Part shown: piece after piece, positions 33,109 to 43,759 of the stretch
Numbering within the stretch: the stretch's first letter is position 1
Layout: every line of letters starts with the position of its first letter
NCBI GenBank assembly: GCA_000004985.1
Contig: GG738894.1
Strand: one strand, 5' to 3'
DNA: 64,000 nucleotides
Source of the DNA: Naegleria gruberi
Taxonomy: Eukaryota
Notes under the pieces: model-generated
Told to the model about the DNA's origin: nothing
Seen by the model: the letters and a program-made list of their open reading frames with translations, nothing else
Databases searched by the model: none
Made by a program: the position numbers and the translations under genes

Positions 33109-34257
33109 ATGAATACAGGCAAGTGGCTCGTCCTCTCCTTGTTGTTTGTAGTTTTGTTGGCATGCGCTTCCTTCGCCTCTGCTCAACAAGCTGAAACACA
33201 AGCTGTCATCAAAACAACAGCAGCTCCAGCTGTCAAACCAACAACAACAGCTGTCAAACCAAAAGTTGTTGCTAAAAAGAAGAAAACTGCCAAGAAATCA
33301 AAGAAGGCTCAAAAGAAGAAGGTAAAGAAAGCCAAGAAGGCCGCTAAGAAGGCAAAGAAGGCTAAAAAATCAAAGAAATCATCAAAGAAGACTTGTGCTA
33401 GAGTTGTCAAGAGATTTAGAAAGGCTTCCGGAAAATTGAGAAAAGCTTTGAAGAAATCCAAAAAGTCTGTAAAGAGACTCAGATCCCGTGTTCAAAAGTT
33501 GAGACTCAGATTGAAGAAGTGTGGAAAGTCTGTCAAGAAAGCTAAGAAGGCTGTCAAGAAGGCCAAAAAAGCTGCCAGAAAGACTAAGAGATCCAAGAAA
33601 TCCAAGAAGGCAAAGAAATCAAAGGCCAGAAAATTGAGAAAATTGAGAAGATGTGCCAAGAAGGCTAAATCCTTGAAGAAGAGAAAGGCCTGTAGAAAGG
33701 CATTGAAGAGAGTTAGAAAGCTCAGAAAGTTGAGAAGATGTGCCAAGAAGGCTAAATCTTTAAAGAAGAGAAAGGCTTGTAGAAAGCTCTTGAGAAGAAT
33801 CAGAAAGCTCAGAAGATTGAGAAGATGTGCCAAGAAGGCCAAGACTTTGAAGAAGAGAAATGCCTGTAAAGCTGCTTTGGCTAAACTCACCAAGAAGGTT
33901 AAGAAGGCCAAGAAGGCTGTCAAGAAGGCCTCTAAGAAATCAAAGAAGTCAAAGAAGACTGCCAAGAAATCAAAGAAGGTTGCCAAGAAAGTTGTTGCCA
34001 AGAAGCTCACTGTTGAACAAAAGAAGGTTGCTGTTGCCGAAGCTATCAAGAAGGCTATCAGAGCTGCTGCTAACAAGGTCAAACAAGCCAAGAAGATTGC
34101 TGCCAAGAAGGTCACTAAAAAGACTGCCAAGAAGCAAACCAAGAAGACTGCTAAGAAGTCCAAGAAGGCTGCCAGAAAGACCAAGAAATCAAAGAAGACC
34201 TCTAAGAAGCAATGGAGAAAGTTGGTTAAGAGATTGACCAAGCTCTACAAGTGCTAA
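33109..34257 (+). CDS. Secreted highly basic Lys/Ala-rich protein with Cys-containing tandem repeats
   Basis: Signal peptide MNTGKWLVLSLLFVVLLACASFASA. About 45% Lys. Three tandem copies of a ~30-aa unit RKLRKLRRCAKKAKSLKKRKACRKALKRV. The overlapping minus-strand ORFs are artefacts of the repeat. Confidence 0.6.
   Translation: MNTGKWLVLSLLFVVLLACASFASAQQAETQAVIKTTAAPAVKPTTTAVKPKVVAKKKKTAKKSKKAQKKKVKKAKKAAKKAKKAKKSKKSSKKTCARVVKRFRKASGKLRKALKKSKKSVKRLRSRVQKLRLRLKKCGKSVKKAKKAVKKAKKAARKTKRSKKSKKAKKSKARKLRKLRRCAKKAKSLKKRKACRKALKRVRKLRKLRRCAKKAKSLKKRKACRKLLRRIRKLRRLRRCAKKAKTLKKRNACKAALAKLTKKVKKAKKAVKKASKKSKKSKKTAKKSKKVAKKVVAKKLTVEQKKVAVAEAIKKAIRAAANKVKQAKKIAAKKVTKKTAKKQTKKTAKKSKKAARKTKKSKKTSKKQWRKLVKRLTKLYKC
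33630..33860 (+). repeat. Three tandem ~90-bp coding repeats inside the K-rich gene
   Basis: aaattgagaagatgtgccaagaaggctaaatc[c/t]ttgaagaagagaaaggc[c/t]tgtagaaag… is repeated three times with few substitutions. Confidence 0.6.
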
Positions 34258-35706
34258 ATTATTGGCCAATGTGTTAAATTATTAATTTTTCCCTAACTGA
34301 ACTAAATGTAATACAATGCTATTGAAAACAGACCTTGTTAGGAATTTATCTTTCTTGTTTTGTTCTTTGAGCTTGTGAAGTAATTGCACTTTTGCAAACT
34401 TTCAAACAACTTATCGGAATAACTTCTAATTGACTGCTAATATTTTCAAGAAACAAATAAGATGTTGAAATGATTCTTTTGCAAGTAGGGTTCTCAACGA
34501 TTGAGGTCGATATTAGTACCGGTTATCACTATTTCCATAAGGAAAGAGATCAACACCTAATAAAGACCAAGGAGACAAACAGTGACTAGAATTGAGCAAA
34601 TTCTTACTGAAATTTTGTGTTATCCCAACCAAATGAGCAATAATAATCTTCAAACAAAATAAAATAAGAAGAGATAACTACCATAGTTTGGTTCCCAACT
34701 TTTCAAAAATCAAATAGGGATTTCATCTTTTTCATGCAAAGAACTGTCTCTGCCAAGAAAACACTTCAATAACTACTTTATTGGTGGAGAGGACCTGAGG
34801 AGATTGTTGATGTATAACATATTTCTCTCAATGATAATTGGAAGACAGTTGCTTCCGATGCATTGATGATGAAGGTAATATCTGTTCAGGACAAGTTGAT
34901 AATGGTCAAAGACCAACACTGAAAACAAGCCTTAGAAAAAAAACTGAAAAAAACAACAACATATCATTTTGCAGTGCAGTTCGTTTCTCTTGATAACATT
35001 GTTATTAACCCTAACACCTACAACAATAACTGGTTAACTTGCTCTCTCCCGAATAAGATCACTTTAGTGGTGCGTCATCATTATCACCACACTGGTGATC
35101 CACAACAAGAAACAAACTCTCAATAACAAACAACAAAAACGCTTCATCAACAAATTGGTATTGAAGGTTCAGTGCGTTTCCTAATTTCTTAAGCTTGCCA
35201 AATACGTGCATCATTAAACCTATTGACCTGCAACAATCACACAAAAGAACTAGCTGTCATACCCAACATTAGCACCCTTACTTATTCTAGCATCCTAATA
35301 AGTCCATCAACATCACCAAACAAGGCAGAGAATCGTTTTAAGGTTCCATCATTTCAATATTGACATACAACACTTGCAAACAAGGCTATTGAGACTCTGT
35401 TAAAGCATTGCATGTGCTTTGTTTTCAAATCATCTGCATGGATCAATTTTTCTTAATTTTATCATCCAAGATTCACTAAATTCCACGACACAACAAAATA
35501 TCGTCACTCTCTGTGCTTTAACAATTATAACCAAGCACGAGGAAGAAGTAAAAGAGAACTGATTCAGAAATAGAATAGGTCGTACTGTTAGAAACAAGTA
35601 GAGTCGTCATATACATGAAAAGTAGTGAATTCAAGTATTGCTTTTTAATTGATTTGAAAGAAAAAGAAAACGAATTTAATCCTAAACATTCAACCACTTC
35701 ATCGAC

Positions 35707-36630
35707 ATGAAAGACTCACAACAACAGCAGCAACCAGCACAGCCCCAACCTTTGAAATTTATTCAAGTCTCGAATGTGAAAAAGAAACCAGTCCAACGAA
35801 AAAAGTACTATCCCACAAAGAGTAACAAAAGGCAGCAGGGTAGTAACAAATCATCAACAAGCAATCAAACATGTAGTCAAGAAGGTCATTCACAACATGA
35901 GCAAGCATCACATTCTCATGTACACTCGACAACTACATGTTCCTCATCTAGCTTATCCAGAAGTATTTTACATGGGATTGGATCTTCCGAGGTTAATTAT
36001 ATGAATGGAAATAATGACGATTCAACCAGCTCATTGGATGCTTCTTCATCTTTACACATGTTGCAACAACATCCAACAAGCAATTCTAAAGGACCGTCAT
36101 TGCATGTGTTCAACAACAATACATTGGATGAAACATCTAAACATAGTGATTCGAGTAGTGTAGGAATTGAACATTGCATGCATGGAAGAAATTCAACATC
36201 ATCTCCTGCTAGCAACATGTTATCCACATCCATCAATAATAACAGCAATAATATTCATTTTGTGATGGAGGCATCTCCCAAGTACATAACTCATGTGGCA
36301 AAGAAGAGGAATACTCTTGCCAAGGACAATCTCATCAAGGTTTTACACTTGTCACAAGTACAGGCATGCCGAGTATTGGGATGTAGTTTGTCCACATTAA
36401 AAAGAAGATTTGGAGAGGTTAAACAGGAATTGGGAATGGAGAAATGGCCCTCCTATTATGATGATGTGAGACATTTACCGATATTTCCCAAACTTTACCC
36501 AATGTCTCTGCAATTCATTATGAATGAGCATGACTGCTCTGATTTGCCACAGGACTGCAACCTAATATTTGAGCACGCTGCACAATTAAGCTCAACCTTT
36601 CCAAAACCATTAACTTCTCCTGAGGATTAA
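35707..36630 (+). CDS. RWP-RK domain transcription-factor-like protein (paralog 1)
   Basis: The C-terminal domain IKVLHLSQVQACRVLGCSLSTLKRRFGEVKQELGMEKWPSY matches the RWP-RK consensus (L…A..LG.S.T.LKR.CR..GI.RWP.RK). Gln/Ser-rich N-terminus. Confidence 0.6.
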   Translation: MKDSQQQQQPAQPQPLKFIQVSNVKKKPVQRKKYYPTKSNKRQQGSNKSSTSNQTCSQEGHSQHEQASHSHVHSTTTCSSSSLSRSILHGIGSSEVNYMNGNNDDSTSSLDASSSLHMLQQHPTSNSKGPSLHVFNNNTLDETSKHSDSSSVGIEHCMHGRNSTSSPASNMLSTSINNNSNNIHFVMEASPKYITHVAKKRNTLAKDNLIKVLHLSQVQACRVLGCSLSTLKRRFGEVKQELGMEKWPSYYDDVRHLPIFPKLYPMSLQFIMNEHDCSDLPQDCNLIFEHAAQLSSTFPKPLTSPED

Positions 36631-37519
36631 TCTTTGTGCTTCATCTTTTAAAGGATGTTCATGCGAGAAATCAAAAACAGATTCGATTTGAACTTTGGTA
36701 TTTAATATGCACAATTGGATCACCAATTACGGAATGTTGCCAATAATGATACATTGTTTGACAGTTTGCATTTTTGTTGAAGTTGCAGAAACCAACAATG
36801 AGCCAAATCTGACAATGTTATTTGGAAGGTTCAACATTTGGTTGTATTATCTATCATACCACTCCTAAAAAGGAGGTGCTTAGTTATGAGTTGCCATGGC
36901 TTAATATACAAACATACTTTTGGGAAATAGGAAAATTATTAAATTTGGTGATGATGCTTTTTCGTATGCTGACAAAATGCGCGGAGTGAATCAACAATAC
37001 ATATCTATGAGCTAAATCTCTTTGGATTTTCCAACATGTGCTTTATCTATTGCTTTCTAAAATAATATTTGTTTTAAAGTTCATAGGTAGGGCAAAATCT
37101 ATTGTGCCATTCATTCCTATTAGGTAATCAGCTTTTCTTCCTTATTGAAATAATGGACTTTGAGCGAAAAAGGACTCACATTAATGTAGAAAAAATTGTC
37201 ATTATTATTATCATCTTTCATTTTTCCTTTTTCCTTAACCCCCAAAAGTCCTTTTTTAAACTACTCACGGAGAGAATCTAGATTCTGTAGCGGCTGAATT
37301 TTTACACTAAGGAACAGAAGTAACATAAATGTTAAGCTATTAGTGTAAAGTTGCTGGGGCACAACCGCAAAAGGCTGTCCAAGTTTGCTCAAGTCCTTGA
37401 AAGCAAGCAGCATAAAAATTCGAGCTGCTTCTTTTGTTTTTTATGCATCAGCAGGAGCAACAATCATTTCAAAACAAATACCTCAATATTTTCCATTCTG
37501 ATACCTTCATCTCCTCAAT

Positions 37520-38023
37520 ATGCTAACTACCCTCACAACATCCAGTAATTTAAAGATAGATGGAAATTTGCAGATTGATTCACTTCCTTCCTCACTCCTT
37601 GTATCAACACAACCTCAGCACCATCAACAACAACAGGATAATTTATCTAGCTATAGCATTACAGTGTGGAGAAAATCCTCTCACGACTCTTCATTTCACA
37701 CCAAGATTGTTGAGAGAAGAAAACATGAGAGAAGAAACAAACTCATCACTCGAAAAGAAATGATTAAAGTATTGCACCTCTCTCAAAATCAAGCATGCAA
37801 AGTATTGAATTGTTCATTGTCGACTCTCAAGAGAAGATTCTACCAATTGAAAGATGAAATTGGACTCGATAGATGGCCTCAATACTTTAAAGAGGTGAGG
37901 CATTTGCCAATCTTTAATCAAATGTATCCAATGTCTCTTGAATTCATCCTCAATGATCCAAATACATGTCAACAAGATGAAACCATTAGTGATCCAGAAG
38001 AGTTTGATGATACTTCTAATTAG
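37520..38023 (+). CDS. RWP-RK domain protein (paralog 2). The 5' extent is uncertain.
   Basis: IKVLHLSQNQACKVLNCSLSTLKRRFYQLKDEIGLDRWPQYFKEVRHLPIFNQMYPMSLEFILND is about 65% identical to the C-terminus of 35707..36630. Confidence 0.6.
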   Translation: MLTTLTTSSNLKIDGNLQIDSLPSSLLVSTQPQHHQQQQDNLSSYSITVWRKSSHDSSFHTKIVERRKHERRNKLITRKEMIKVLHLSQNQACKVLNCSLSTLKRRFYQLKDEIGLDRWPQYFKEVRHLPIFNQMYPMSLEFILNDPNTCQQDETISDPEEFDDTSN

Positions 38024-38147
38024 AGACATGTGGATTATGATGTTTACAAGTTTTATAGAAACAAGTGGTGGTCTAATACCAAATGATGATCTCATTGAAG
38101 GACTTTATTTACACAACAGCATGAAAACAATGATTGTGTTTAACAAA

Positions 38148-38971
38148 CTACTCTTTAAAATAGGTATCAAACTTGTCCTTAAGCATGTCCAAATTGGATC
38201 CAAAGAATGCGCACATTTGTTCCAAATCAAGAATTTGACCCTTGTCTATACGGTCCATGAATCTGTAATCATCCAAATTCATCACTGTGTTTGGATCTGC
38301 TCGAATTGGAGGATAAATTGGTGGCTTTGCAGAGTATTCACCCTCTTCATTGATCATGTGAGATCGATCAGAGCTGAAGGATTTCAAAAATTCACATGCT
38401 GGAACAATTCTAAACTGTTATCATTAAGCAAATAATGAAAGAAATCACAAACAACTTACCTTTAAGCAATTCATCAATTCGCAGAGTCTCTTACTTGGAT
38501 TCCTTATCATGAAGGTCAATAAAAAGGAATTTACAATATAACTTTCAAATGTAGATGGAAAATCCAAGCGAGTGTCCATGTCATAGACTGTTGATTGTTG
38601 AGTTGCAGAATTTTTGTGTACCAAAATGACATGATAATCTATTGAGCAGTATTTTAAATATTAAATATTTTGTAAATAATTTTTAAATATTAAATAATTA
38701 TTAATAGAATAATTAAATAGATATTAAATAAAATTCGATAATATGAAAACTAACCCCAAATAATCAAACCACCAGTATCATTTTGATACCACATTGGCAG
38801 TAATTTCTCATCCGATGAAAGAAACATGACAAAACATGAATCTAATTCATCATTGGATTTCTCATCCCGAATATATTCACATAATTTATAGATATTCTCC
38901 TCACAATAGCAGTGAGTGTAGATTCTTTCCGATTTCTTGCCTTTAATTCCGAGAGGATCACGTTCTTCCAT
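38148..38971 (-). CDS. NTAQ1: Protein N-terminal glutamine amidohydrolase (NTAQ1/WDYHV1). Three exons (38755..38971, 38460..38638, 38148..38414).
   Basis: Exon 1 YTHCYCEENIYKLCEY…LIIWG, exon 2 DYHVILVH…DTRLDFPSTFESYIV…, and exon 3 …SSDRSHMINEEGE…PPIYPPI…NLDDYRFMD are collinear with human NTAQ1 (CYCEENIWKLCEY…VIWDYHVVLLH…DLDTVLPFPCLFDTYV…ASDRSHMKD…PPPYPCI…NLNDFISMD). Introns are GTTAGT…CAATAG and GTAAGT…AACAG. Confidence 0.8.
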
Positions 38972-39009
38972 TTTTTTTTGAAAATCGCTTTGAATTGTAA
39001 ACTTTTTTT

Positions 39010-40080
39010 CTATTTGATGGACACGAGAGGGAGGAAACCTTTACAATTTTGAGATTTACATTGGCACTTGCGTTGAGAAAATTGTAAATTTGCTGATTCA
39101 TTGTTTTGTAAAGTATTGCCCTCACCATAGTCAAATGTCAGTTCAGTATTTTCTGGAATATCTTTGGCAGCAAAGAAGAATAATCGTGGATGATCTTCTG
39201 AGCATGTTCTTAGGACTCTCCATGTGAGATTTGGATCACAACTGTGATTGAAAAATCTACTCACATTTCCAAACTTTTCTGCATCAATATTTAATCGTCT
39301 AGTTTCGTATTTTTGTTTGGATTCTAATGCCTGTGAAATGTGAAAATATTCCTTGATAATCAACAGGTAATGATGTTTGTCCTGTATGCTCGAATTTAAA
39401 ATCTCATTCGATTCTTTGTCTGAAAGAACTTTTCCAATATATTCACTAATGAACTCTCCCTTTTGTATGAAATTTTTGCATTTCACTCCAAATCCAACAC
39501 ATTCTCCAATTGAAAATAAATATAATGGTTTGTCAATAGTTCCCAAATAGTGAATGGGAGTAATTCTATTCCTACATCTAGTGGAATCACAACTGCAATC
39601 ATCTGAGCATTCAATAATTGGAAATGAATAATCCAAATCTAATAATCCATTTTCAGGTTTTAAAAAGTGTTTGCCATTGTGATAATTTCTAGCAAAACAT
39701 GAGCAATCCATTGTTGAGCATGAAATCTTTCTAACAACAATATTCGAATGAGATGAAATTAATTTGTTACAATCACAGACAGAATTGGTCAATTCATCAT
39801 TCTTATTATCCTCATTTTCCTCATCAAGTAATTGAAAATCATCACCTATTATGTCTTCACTCCAATAATTTTCAATAATATATGTAAAATCATTCAATAA
39901 AATCTCATCATGATTTGAATAATTAACAATTTTTAAATCTTCCTTTCCGAGTGAGATATCCACTCGATTGTGAATGATTTTCCTCCACCGAGAGCACACT
40001 CTAGCACAATTATACAAGACAAATGCTTCACAATATTGTGAGAAAAAAAGAATGAGGAGTGTGGAGGAAAATTGTTTCAT
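39010..40080 (-). CDS. SUV39-type SET-domain histone-lysine methyltransferase with an F-box-like N-terminus
   Basis: Pre-SET Cys cluster (CDCNKL…CSTMDCSCF…CSDDCSCDSTRCRNR). SET motifs GFGVKCKNFIQKGEFISEYIG and RFFNHSCDPN, then ELTFDYG. Post-SET CQCKSQNCKGFL. Confidence 0.8.
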   Translation of the reverse strand: MKQFSSTLLILFFSQYCEAFVLYNCARVCSRWRKIIHNRVDISLGKEDLKIVNYSNHDEILLNDFTYIIENYWSEDIIGDDFQLLDEENEDNKNDELTNSVCDCNKLISSHSNIVVRKISCSTMDCSCFARNYHNGKHFLKPENGLLDLDYSFPIIECSDDCSCDSTRCRNRITPIHYLGTIDKPLYLFSIGECVGFGVKCKNFIQKGEFISEYIGKVLSDKESNEILNSSIQDKHHYLLIIKEYFHISQALESKQKYETRRLNIDAEKFGNVSRFFNHSCDPNLTWRVLRTCSEDHPRLFFFAAKDIPENTELTFDYGEGNTLQNNESANLQFSQRKCQCKSQNCKGFLPLVSIK

Positions 40081-40193
40081 TTTTTTTGTAATATTTTCTG
40101 GTATCTAAGTTTGTTATTAATTGTTCAAGTACTTTTCCAGGATAGAGATGGAAATAATATTGTAATAATATTAATCCGTTTAACATGGAATTT

Positions 40194-41343
40194 TTACATA
40201 AATAAGCACTTTTTGGAATTTTGCTTTGGCTTAATCAATTTCTGTTTAAGAGATTCCAAATATTCCACATCAAGTTCAATAATATTCTTTAACAGTTTTA
40301 AACCCAAATCGGTTCCGCTTAGTAATCTCACACAATCTAAGAATATTTCTTCCACATTTATGTTAAACTTGGCACTTGTCACAGAGGTATTTAACAATTC
40401 ATATTGACTAATCTTGTCATTCACAACTTGTTTAGCTTTCTCAGTAATTTCCCTCTTTTCTTCCTTCTCTTCTTCTGTGAAATCATCAACCTTATTCAAT
40501 GCAAAAATTATTGGAATACTTTTTAATTGTTCGATTCCTCTAACTCGAGCCATGAATTCCATATGATATCCTAAAGAGCAATCATCTATTGAACTAGGAT
40601 CTGTCAGAGAGCAAACAACTACAATACAATTGGAATTACAAAGGCATTGCTCTTTAAATAAATTACTTTCATACTCCTCATGTCCATCTACGAGAACTCC
40701 AAAATTTTGTAAATAATTGTTTTACTTACAGAAATCGAAAATATTAAATAAATATTGATCTCCACCAATTTCCACATATTTTCTGTAATTATCATCAATT
40801 GTTGGGGTGTTGTGTTCAAGGAAATTTCCCTGAATGAATTGAATAATTAGCGAACTTTTACCTAATTATTTCGAATAGGTTTAATTCAATAATAAACTCA
40901 CCAACTCCTCCATCTCCAAGGAGAAGAATCTTAATTTCTTCATCATGATATTCATTTTCATTTCTAGTGATGGGAACTGTACTTAAAAATTGTTTCGTAT
41001 AAAGTGTTAGAATAATCTTTCTTCGGAGATTTCCTATTTCCACCATTTGATTTTTAACTTGATCAAATTCTTCTCTGTTTTTCTCTTTAATTCTAACTTG
41101 ACTTTCGAATAATTTCCACCAAATATTGTTGAAATATTCTTGCATTTCACAAGATAATGACTTGTTAATGCTTGTGAATGTCATCAGAAATCGAAGATTT
41201 TGCGAATAATTGATGTGTAAATTATTCGGATCAATGATAAATGAGAGAATACACAAGAGAAGTTCAATTGGAAGAGATGAGAACCGAGTTGTTTTTCGTT
41301 TGGCCATTTTTTTTAATGAAGAATTCAATAGATGAAAATCCAA
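40194..41343 (-). CDS. Ras-family small GTPase with a ~145-aa F-box-like N-terminal extension and a C-terminal CaaX. Three exons (40902..41343, 40730..40861, 40194..40687).
   Basis: P-loop GDGGVG|GKSSLI is split by a GTGAGT…AATTAG intron. Switch I PTIDDNYRK. G3 DFYGHEEY spans a GTAAGT…CGTAG intron. G4 NKVD, and the C-terminus ends …KKCLFM (CaaX). The N-terminus LPIELLLCILSFI…NIWWKL is F-box-like. Confidence 0.7.
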
Positions 41344-41452
41344 CCTAATTTGAGATCCAATTTTGATTAAACAATTGTAGGTAATGGACTCAGGTCTTTA
41401 AGCCTTATTCCCAGCAATTAAGAAAATATTTAAAGAAGAAAAATACAGCACA

Positions 41453-43375
41453 TCATTTATGCTTGGCTCTTACTAATTCTAATAGTATAGATATATTTGA
41501 TAGGGTTGAGAAATGACTTCTGGTGTTGAATCTAATGCATTCATGACATAAACTATTGAGAAATGAATTAATATCATCATCAAGTAATTCCCCAATCAGA
41601 AAATCTTGGAGCATTCTATCAAGATGTGACTCTGTAATAGTTGATTCATCGTTTTCAATATCAATATCAAGCCTCTGGTTGGCTGTAATGTACCTTTCAT
41701 ATAATTCCTCCATATAGATAACCATATTTTCGGCAAAGCAAACCAAGTTTATGTTCTTCTGATTCTTTTCATGTGTGTGTAATAAGTGAAAAAGGAGAAG
41801 AACAATAGCATCAAATGATTTCAGTAAGAAATCAAACACTACAAAATCTGATTTGGTGAAAGTGCAGTTTCGAAAGTATTTCTTAAACTTAAATAAAAAT
41901 CCCACATATCTCTGACAAGTCAATGCATCAATTTGGGTTAGGTTTTCAGGTACTGAAATTGGTTTCCAAGGATATTCTATCATATGCAATTTCAATTCCT
42001 CTACTAATGTTGTATCTTGAAAGTAATTACTATGTTGATGTTCCCTGGCGGAATAGATTAATTTCTCATATAATATATCAATCTCATCCTCATTTGAAGG
42101 TTTTGGTGAGAGTATTACCTTCAACATGGATTCATATAAGTCCTTATGATTTTGTTCCAAGGAATTCTGTGAAACTTTTGCACATTTCTTATTGCTCATT
42201 ATTATCAAGAAATGATAAATTCCCATAACACTATTTTCATCAGTAAAATCTGGAGGGAAAATGGGAATGAGGTTTCTTTTGCATTCAAATAGTTGTTCGC
42301 TCCTTCCTTCATGAAACCATTCAGTGAACACTTTGAAAGTCTTGCACCCCAAATCCTCGATTTGACTCCTTACACCACTGCTGGAATTAAATAACTCTCT
42401 GATCTTTAAAAGCAGTCCCTCAACATGCATATCATTACTGGTTATGAATTGTTTCAATACTTTACATTCTTTAATGAGAGGGGATAAAGTATTAATCCTT
42501 TGTACTGCCTCTTCAATAGATTTATAATGGGTCAAACAAATCCTCAAACCACTGCAAGAGGTGAAGAATTCAGAGATCATTTGTAATAGTATAATATGAA
42601 AATAAGGTTTTGAAAAAGTCACTTTTTCAATTTGATTTTCGTGTTCGATTCTAGATATTCCATTCGAGTTGTAGAACTTTTTACAATAAGAATCAATTAA
42701 CTCCAATAAATGATTGAGTGTTGTAAAATATGAATACCTGTTTTTAAAGGAAAATAATTGATACACATTATTTTCACTAAAATACGAAAAAAAATGAACT
42801 ATTCTAAAGAGCTCAGTTGACTCATCACCAAACTCAAATCCAAGTTCAATAACATTCTTCTTATTTTGGAAAAAAAATTCATTCCACTCATCTATTCTAT
42901 TTGTTGATATTTGTACATTTACAACACAGCCATATGAATTTGATTCAACATTGAATCTTGTAATTGAATAGATAGAATCTATTTGTCGGAAATTAGAAAA
43001 TATATTGTCAAAAACAGATGAATGTCTAATGTATCTCTTTTCTAATCTTTCCCCACTACTCGCATTAAGCATGCAAAAGTATAATCGTATCGATTTTGTA
43101 ATATTGTCGATGATTGATCTATCTTCCGATAGTGTGTATTCACATTCTTTAGGAACCACTTTTAATCCGCTAGAGAATGAACAATTATAAGACTCAAATG
43201 CGTTACAGTGTTGATAATGACTTCTCATTAAGATTTGAAGCTCCCACACCTTGCTTGGAGTACGAGTGTACACTTTCGAATTATGAAATATAAAGTAGTT
43301 TTGGCCATTACTTCCTGGTGCTTTTACCGAGAATAAAAGCTTATAAGGTGCCCGTGGTGTAGAATCACAATCCAT
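41453..43375 (-). CDS. Hypothetical protein (640 aa)
   Basis: Long intron-free ORF. No family recognised by eye. Confidence 0.5.
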   Translation of the reverse strand: MDCDSTPRAPYKLLFSVKAPGSNGQNYFIFHNSKVYTRTPSKVWELQILMRSHYQHCNAFESYNCSFSSGLKVVPKECEYTLSEDRSIIDNITKSIRLYFCMLNASSGERLEKRYIRHSSVFDNIFSNFRQIDSIYSITRFNVESNSYGCVVNVQISTNRIDEWNEFFFQNKKNVIELGFEFGDESTELFRIVHFFSYFSENNVYQLFSFKNRYSYFTTLNHLLELIDSYCKKFYNSNGISRIEHENQIEKVTFSKPYFHIILLQMISEFFTSCSGLRICLTHYKSIEEAVQRINTLSPLIKECKVLKQFITSNDMHVEGLLLKIRELFNSSSGVRSQIEDLGCKTFKVFTEWFHEGRSEQLFECKRNLIPIFPPDFTDENSVMGIYHFLIIMSNKKCAKVSQNSLEQNHKDLYESMLKVILSPKPSNEDEIDILYEKLIYSAREHQHSNYFQDTTLVEELKLHMIEYPWKPISVPENLTQIDALTCQRYVGFLFKFKKYFRNCTFTKSDFVVFDFLLKSFDAIVLLLFHLLHTHEKNQKNINLVCFAENMVIYMEELYERYITANQRLDIDIENDESTITESHLDRMLQDFLIGELLDDDINSFLNSLCHECIRFNTRSHFSTLSNISILLELVRAKHK

Positions 43376-43759
43376 TTTTTTGTCAAAAACGTACTAAGGG
43401 AGTCAACAAAATTACTCTAGAATTAGCTTCAATAATCATACTAATTATCATGAAAGTGTATCATGTTTTTACAGACAGTAGAAGCCCTGGACATAGAGGT
43501 TAAGAATTACAAATTAAGAAAACAATCTATGAAAAGATCTACACAGTGTTGTGTTCATTCGTCGTCAAGGTGGATTCTAAAATGATTGTATGAAATTAAA
43601 CAGATACAAAGCCTAATTTTAAATTCTATATTGGAGTGCTCAATATATTAAAAGAAGCAGATGTCATCAAATTGAAATCTAAATGTTTTGGTTGCTATTG
43701 AAACTAAAGTCTGGTGAAAGAAAATGTTTATAATTATATGATCAACCACTAAATACTCA

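Noticed and set aside
33492-34241. Minus-strand ORFs (249 aa and 125 aa) that overlap the K-rich gene
   Set aside because: They are mirror-frame artefacts of the lysine-codon tandem repeats (AAG/AAA gives CTT/TTT Leu/Phe runs). The plus-strand gene has a signal peptide and coherent repeats.
37814-38435. ORFs 37938..38435 (+) and 37814..38095 (-)
   Set aside because: They overlap NTAQ1 exon 3 and the RWP-RK gene end in other frames or on the opposite strand, and have no recognisable motifs. They are spurious.
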